Source of the DNA: a virus
Reading direction: 5' to 3' (one strand)
Virus record (IMG/VR): IMGVR_UViG_3300027861_000001
Coordinates: 32,001 to 96,000 of that record
DNA length: 64,000 bases
Of this stretch, positions 58,484-64,000 are shown one piece after another. The notes beneath the pieces are model-generated. The model searched no databases, was not told the DNA's origin, and saw nothing but the letters and a program-made list of their open reading frames with translations. The stretch's first letter is position 1, and every line of letters begins with the position of its first letter. A program made the position numbers and the translations under genes.

Positions 58484-60001
58484 CTAAGTCGCACTACTGA
58501 ATCCACCATTATGCTTTTTAATCCCTTCCACTGTGTTCTTCTCAACATTTTCATACTCATCAGTAGCTTCGTCTAAAAAGTCTTCTACATCTTCCTCTGG
58601 AGGATCAGTCTCAGAAAATTTCAAACAAACTTCATCAAAATTAAGCTCCACTTTGTCTGTTGTCTTACCACCTCTGTTCTTGGCAATTGAGTACCACCCA
58701 ATATTTCTTTCTCTTAATTTTGTAGTACTGTTTCTGTGAAGTAGAACAACAGCATCAGCTTTGTTTTCAATGTCTCCGCTCTCTTTTAGATCATGTAATT
58801 CCGGTTCAGCACTTTCTGTTCTTCTTAACTGGCTAACTACAATGAAAGCAATGTTATTAGCTTTAGCAAAAGAAAAGAACTTGTTGACTATATCTGTTAT
58901 AGCTTTTCTTGTGTCCCCAAAATATTTCAAAGTTTGAAGATAATCAACCACGACAACATCAACAGGGTGATTTAACATGTGTCGTTTAACACTGTTAACT
59001 ATAAAATTACACGTCTGGTCACCCCTATCTTCTATCCATAAACCATCTGGTACTTCACTTATGAACATTTGTTGTGTATTAGCAATCTTCTTCAGTTCAT
59101 GGTTAGTAACAAGTGCTTTTTTCCAATCGTCTATTGATACACCCGCCTCAGCGCAAACTAGACGGTCAATGTACTGACCTTTTGTCATTTCTGGAGTAAA
59201 AACAAGAACTTTATCACCGTTTAAAATAAAATTAGTTACCATATTAGAAACCATAATTGACTTGCCTATATTAGTCTTAGCACCTAGTACCGTCAATTTC
59301 TGTTTACAAATCGCATCGTTCTTATCCAACCAGTAAAATCCTGACTTAACACCTTTATATTTAATTGGGTTTTCCTTCCTGTCCTTAAATCTATCATAAG
59401 CATCTGCCAATAAGGTATCTAACCTAACCAACCCATGAGTACTTAAAGTATTATCTAAAAGAACATTCTGCATCTGTGAAACTACCTCAATCAATTTAGT
59501 TTCATCAAAGCGTTTAGTTGTTTGTATTTTACTCGCTGCGTCTTTAAACTTGTTTAGTCTGTATCGTTCGAAAACTAATTTTACATACTCTTCCGTAATT
59601 TGTAGGCTAATGATACCTTCTGCTGCATGGAGTAGCTTCATTATGGTAGCTGGACCTCCAATATAATCAATAACCTGTGTACCATCTGGCATTGGGTCTT
59701 GCTTCTCAATCTCGTCTACTACTAACTCGTAAGTACAAACCCTTCTGGTCATACGAACGTTAGTTAAAATAGGAAAAATGATTCGATTTCTTTTCAGCGA
59801 AAAGTGTTCCTCAGTAAGTCCACTCTTTACTATTAAAGAAGCACAATCATCGTCCTGCATAAATATGCCAAGAACTGCATTCTCTGCGTCTTGATAAGAT
59901 ACAGAAACAACTTCTTCGTCTTCGTTTTCTATAGAAACAATGTCAGCTTGCGGTTCTGGATTATTAGCAAAGTCACTAAAACTACTACCTTCTCTTTCCA
60001 T
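58484..60001 (-). CDS. dnaB: replicative DNA helicase
   Basis: GAKTNIGKS, PEM, VVVDYLQ, SQLRR, LKESGDIE, KNRGG. Confidence 0.93.
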   Translation of the reverse strand: MEREGSSFSDFANNPEPQADIVSIENEDEEVVSVSYQDAENAVLGIFMQDDDCASLIVKSGLTEEHFSLKRNRIIFPILTNVRMTRRVCTYELVVDEIEKQDPMPDGTQVIDYIGGPATIMKLLHAAEGIISLQITEEYVKLVFERYRLNKFKDAASKIQTTKRFDETKLIEVVSQMQNVLLDNTLSTHGLVRLDTLLADAYDRFKDRKENPIKYKGVKSGFYWLDKNDAICKQKLTVLGAKTNIGKSIMVSNMVTNFILNGDKVLVFTPEMTKGQYIDRLVCAEAGVSIDDWKKALVTNHELKKIANTQQMFISEVPDGLWIEDRGDQTCNFIVNSVKRHMLNHPVDVVVVDYLQTLKYFGDTRKAITDIVNKFFSFAKANNIAFIVVSQLRRTESAEPELHDLKESGDIENKADAVVLLHRNSTTKLRERNIGWYSIAKNRGGKTTDKVELNFDEVCLKFSETDPPEEDVEDFLDEATDEYENVEKNTVEGIKKHNGGFSSAT

Positions 60002-62021
60002 AAATTCTCTTATCCTCTATCCTTAAATAATCCTCTACGTTTAAGGCTCCTTTTACCGCAATTTCAAACTTTCGAAGACCTTCTACCTCAAGAAAAGTAT
60101 CAAGGTCTGTTTTATCAGCACCACGTAAAGGTAGAAAAGCAACTTTCAAGTTCTTTATTACCTCACCTATAGAACGAGCCATAATAAATCCTGGCTTTCT
60201 TTTACCTGGTGATGCTTCATTGTCTGGAATTAAAATTACCTCTTTACCTTTTAACTCTTCTACCCATCGATCATCCCATCTACCAATACCTGCGGTAGCA
60301 ACACATGGAAATCCGTTCTGAACAGCTGCCATAGCTTTGAACTCACCCTCAGTTATAAGAACTGTGCTGCTATTTTTTATAACGTCATGGTTGAACAAAA
60401 AATTAGCTCCTCTAGCAGAGTAGTTGCCAGACAAGCTTAAGTACTTTGGTGTATTCGTTTTGTAAGAAAAAAGTGTCTCCAACATTCTACCTCTTATATC
60501 AGTAACTTCATCACCTACTATATAAGGAATAGTTACACGATTAGAGAGTAGTGGATACTGTTGAGAAATAACACCCGCATCACTGGCAATCGAATTAGCA
60601 TACTCACTATAATAATCTGCTGAACAGAAACCAATCCTAAAGTCATTTAAGGTTTTTTCCTTAAATCCTCTAGCTTTTAAGTACTCCAAAGCAACAGGTA
60701 AGTTACTGTGGAACTTATCTGTTAACTCTTTATAAAACTCTCTTATTTTTGGTACGTCAAGAACCTTCTGTTCAACTTCTTTTACTACATAACCTTCTTC
60801 TGGTATTATTCTCCCCTTACCGTTATAACAATGCCAACAGTTGTGTACAAGTACACCATTAACCGTATATTTATGTGAGTCCTCAATAGCCAAGTCATAG
60901 AAGTAGTCTTCACAATCTTCTAAAACTACAGTATCTACTTTTATACCATTAAACCAAGTATTTAAGCGTCTTGATATGCTGTAAGTGCTATTATTACTAC
61001 ACGCATCAGAAATCCAATTAATATATGTAGGTTTTTTTGTGTCTTTATAATAATTTTTAGCAAGATAACCCGAACAACTGTACCCACAATATGAAGCTAT
61101 TTCCTTTACTTGCATACACAATATTTCTGATGTTTGCCCTAGTCTATTGGATTTAACGCTATCGTTAGACGTATTATAACCGTCACCATCAAGAATACCT
61201 TTTAACAATATTTTAGCTCTATTTATAGGTAATGTCATTAATCCTAGTGGTATTTTTTTATTAGTACAACCATACCCAAACATTGAACCAAACAAGTAGG
61301 ACAAATAAACACTACTTATAGTTACTTTAGTGCAAGTTTTAGTTTTACTCATATATCTCCTAGGAGAAAAACCTTTTCTTGAAAAATAGTCTTCTACAAA
61401 TTTTATATAATCCTTTTCATTAGAGTTAAAAGCAAAACTTATTTGCCCGTAAGACGCACTACCTTCAGCAATATACAACCCTGACACTCTTAAGAACTCG
61501 TCGTCAGTATCAACTACAAAATATTTTACTATGTCACCAAAATATTTACTCAATAATGAAGCATCTACCACGATTTCTCTACGATCTTGTAAGTCATTTA
61601 TAACTGGATATACGAGTATGTCACCTTTTTTTAACTCTTCCGCACATTTTTCTTTTATATCAGTACCGTCTTGAACATACAGTATATGATCAGGAGTACA
61701 TATTATCGGTCTAGTCAATTGTTTAGAAATTATGGTAGCTTTTTTGTATACTTTATTCTTGAATGTTTTTACTACCTTATTAAACTTACCAAATTCGGAC
61801 AAAACCATGTCACCTTCGAGTACAGTATCTATGGTTTTATATCCTTCTCTAGTAAGTATCAAACTTGATTTATCAAAGCAACGCCAAACTAGTTTTTCTG
61901 TGTTGAAGTTAGCATCAGAACAACCGCAACAAGGACAAACACCTAAAAATTCTCCTCTATGCCGTTGCTTAATGACAAGGTCATCTACCATGCTCATTCG
62001 TACGTTCACGTGCCCTTCCAT
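59985..62021 (-). CDS. dnaG: DNA primase (Zn finger + TOPRIM) containing an intein
   Basis: YLKARG, IRGR, PKYL, ITEGEFKA; Zn finger split by an intein. Confidence 0.88.
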   Translation of the reverse strand: MEGHVNVRMSMVDDLVIKQRHRGEFLGVCPCCGCSDANFNTEKLVWRCFDKSSLILTREGYKTIDTVLEGDMVLSEFGKFNKVVKTFKNKVYKKATIISKQLTRPIICTPDHILYVQDGTDIKEKCAEELKKGDILVYPVINDLQDRREIVVDASLLSKYFGDIVKYFVVDTDDEFLRVSGLYIAEGSASYGQISFAFNSNEKDYIKFVEDYFSRKGFSPRRYMSKTKTCTKVTISSVYLSYLFGSMFGYGCTNKKIPLGLMTLPINRAKILLKGILDGDGYNTSNDSVKSNRLGQTSEILCMQVKEIASYCGYSCSGYLAKNYYKDTKKPTYINWISDACSNNSTYSISRRLNTWFNGIKVDTVVLEDCEDYFYDLAIEDSHKYTVNGVLVHNCWHCYNGKGRIIPEEGYVVKEVEQKVLDVPKIREFYKELTDKFHSNLPVALEYLKARGFKEKTLNDFRIGFCSADYYSEYANSIASDAGVISQQYPLLSNRVTIPYIVGDEVTDIRGRMLETLFSYKTNTPKYLSLSGNYSARGANFLFNHDVIKNSSTVLITEGEFKAMAAVQNGFPCVATAGIGRWDDRWVEELKGKEVILIPDNEASPGKRKPGFIMARSIGEVIKNLKVAFLPLRGADKTDLDTFLEVEGLRKFEIAVKGALNVEDYLRIEDKRIYGKRR
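60840..61880 (-). mobile_element. intein with LAGLIDADG homing endonuclease (347 aa)
   Basis: WR|CFDKSS..CTPDH..GLYIAEG..GILDGDG..YDLAIE..VLVHN|CWHC. Confidence 0.93.
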
Positions 62022-62522
62022 TCCTTTCCTCTTTTATCTTTCTCTGCTTTTGACATGTAGTGCATATTCCTGTCTTGTTTGTTTTCCTTATTTTCTCACC
62101 ACATATAGAACAAGCAGAACTTTTAAAGTTATATGGTCTAAGACTTTCAACCAACTCTAGCGAAGCAGGTTTTCCTCTTTTTTGCTTAGGTTCTGTATGA
62201 TAAGTTCTTTGTTGAATTTGGGCTAATACACGATTCTTTAGGTTCTTTAAAAAGATACTCTTTAGCGCAAACTTATTAAACCTATTACGTTCTGGAATAG
62301 CCCACAAGTCCAACAAAGCCTCAAAAACATCCATAGTGCTTGTAGCTTTCATAGCATCTCGTATTTCTTTGTCAGTGAAATACACATCTACCATCTCGAT
62401 GAAACATTGCTGCCATCGCTTAACAAACTCTTGTTTAACTGGAGCTTTTAGAGAACTCCAATCATCGCTTTCTTTTAACCTAGACCACCACCAAAGTAAT
62501 CTTTGATCACTCCTAGCGTTCA

Positions 62523-63272
62523 CTACTCATCCTTTTTGCCAACAACGTTGTAAAAAGTTTCACCATCAAGAATTCTTTTAGTATCTGCTGGTGCCAGTGG
62601 AGTAGTAACTTCTTTTACATCGTACAGTTGTTCTTTCCAATTGTCACCCAAAATATCAGCAACGCTTTCGCTGCTAGGTTTAGGAATACAAGTGGTTACT
62701 GAGTCCTTACCTGTACCACGTGTATCAAATTTAACATCGTAGCCGCTTAAGTCACCTAAGTCGTCATCTTGCTCAAAAGTTGCCAACTGCTTTATAACAG
62801 TTATCCCTTTCTGCATAATTTGAACTTTATCTTTTGGTGCACTAACCACGCTAGTTAAGTCTGCCCCACAAGTAGGACAATCTTCTACCCACGTATCATT
62901 CTCATAATACGCTACGTAACCACAATCCTCTGTTGGGCAAGCTTTAACTGGTGTTCTATCTATCACATTAAACGAATACACCGGTCTCACTTTCAGTAAT
63001 CCTGAATCATCTGTCGGTAAACTTTTGTTCCAAGCGCACACTGGACATGTATTCTGTCCTGAACACATAACACCTATACCATTACCATTATTTGCATTCG
63101 GAAATCCTTTATGTCCTTTAGGTACAAAGTGTTGCCAACTCTTTGTTGGTGCATCATCAACTACCCGCAATACTGTTTGATGCTGTGAGGTAATCCTTAC
63201 ATAGTCAGACCCAAAAGTTACTTTTGGTTTAGGTTTTGATTCCTCTGTTACTGTGTCATTAAAACTTGTCAT
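62523..63272 (-). CDS. putative single-stranded DNA-binding protein (gp32-like)
   Basis: H..C..CPVC Zn site, NVIDR, GYDV..GTG; located in the replication module. Confidence 0.6.
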   Translation of the reverse strand: MTSFNDTVTEESKPKPKVTFGSDYVRITSQHQTVLRVVDDAPTKSWQHFVPKGHKGFPNANNGNGIGVMCSGQNTCPVCAWNKSLPTDDSGLLKVRPVYSFNVIDRTPVKACPTEDCGYVAYYENDTWVEDCPTCGADLTSVVSAPKDKVQIMQKGITVIKQLATFEQDDDLGDLSGYDVKFDTRGTGKDSVTTCIPKPSSESVADILGDNWKEQLYDVKEVTTPLAPADTKRILDGETFYNVVGKKDE

Positions 63273-63803
63273 TTCCTCTCCTTCGCTTTCCTATTCTTTA
63301 TTTTGTGCTTCAGTTAAAATAATGCTTTCAGCATCCCTAATTCTACTTAGGAATTCAATCATAGTTTCAGGTAATCCAATTAAGCAATCATAACATCTTC
63401 GAACATGAGCCATTTGCTCTTTGTCAAGAATTATAAATCCAGACTTTTCATCTCTAACTGCGTCTGCAATATCTTTTGCTTTGAACATTTCTTCAGGTTT
63501 AAGTTTTAAATCTGGATGAAAACAGATAGTAGCTAAATTCTCTTGTACACTAACTGTCGTCATACCATCACCTGGTTGCCCTAGTCTATTTTCAACTCTG
63601 TACTCTCTAATGTCAATCTTAAACCCAGTCAATCCAATTTTGTCAACTCCGTCTTTCTTTTCCATATATTATCTCTCCCTTTCCTATTCATTAACTCTTT
63701 GTCTAAATTAGTTAATATTTGCTTTGGCATTTATTGCTATTTGTCACACTTGTCTTTTCTATTTCATACTGAACCTTTCCCCTTATTTTTAATCTATACT
63801 TAT

Positions 63804-63833
63804 ATTATACCACACCCACCCAACGGTTGTCAA
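63804..63833 (-). promoter_or_regulatory. sigma70-type promoter
   Basis: TTGACA-18 nt-TATAAT with TG extension. Confidence 0.7.
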
Positions 63834-63869
63834 GCCTTTCACCCAACTTCCATATTTTCTACCATACTA

Positions 63870-63898
63870 ATGATATCATATGCCTAGAAATTTGTCAA
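63870..63898 (-). promoter_or_regulatory. sigma70-type promoter with GGCATATG box
   Basis: TTGACA-17 nt-TATCAT. Confidence 0.75.
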
Positions 63899-64000
63899 GC
63901 CTTTTGACTAGTATTTCGTAGCTTCATTACTCTTTATGTTTTATTGGTTTTGGAATATCTTCCTTCTTGTCAGTCTCCCAATCGTACTTCGCTTTCGGAA

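Noticed and set aside
213-63887. Antisense ORFs of 60-180 aa, and N-terminal extensions running through tRNAs (e.g. 33663, 36664, 38734, 43346, 47318, 48949)
   Set aside because: They are shadows of real genes or tRNAs, oppose the block-wise strand bias and have no motifs or SD sites.
1-64000. Genome-wide stop-codon reassignment
   Set aside because: Long core genes are intact in code 11, TGA/TAG/TAA all end genes at coupled junctions, and no suppressor tRNA was found. Only the 7856 UGA looks recoded.

Overview
This is a 64 kb segment of a large, AT-rich bacteriophage genome. The evidence is sigma70-type promoters, Shine-Dalgarno sites, DnaB, primase, PolA, RecA, bS21 and peptide deformylase. 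No capsid or terminase genes lie in the window. Two transcription blocks converge at a terminator near 25.73 kb. The + strand (1-25.7 kb) carries a CCA-adding enzyme, a MoxR AAA + VWA/metallopeptidase pair, seven tandem genes with an N-terminal MKxRxGFVSNSS motif followed by a radical SAM enzyme, a Cys-rich protein, an M28-like peptidase, UDG, Def and many small ORFs. The - strand (25.8-64 kb) carries 24 tRNA genes interleaved with small ORFs, then a replication/nucleotide-metabolism module with an intein in the primase. Main unexplained signals: (1) by manual count about 41 otherwise diverse small proteins carry one portable motif, C-x2-C-x2-[RK]-[FY]-x-C-[WFY]-T, half of them at the extreme C-terminus; (2) the NSS-motif array plus radical SAM enzyme; (3) an in-frame UGA followed by a SECIS-like hairpin, a candidate phage selenoprotein; (4) tRNAs that overlap upstream stop codons and abut downstream start codons (tRNA punctuation); (5) a ~290-nt end-paired ncRNA candidate. 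All calls come from reading the sequence by eye; no searches were run.
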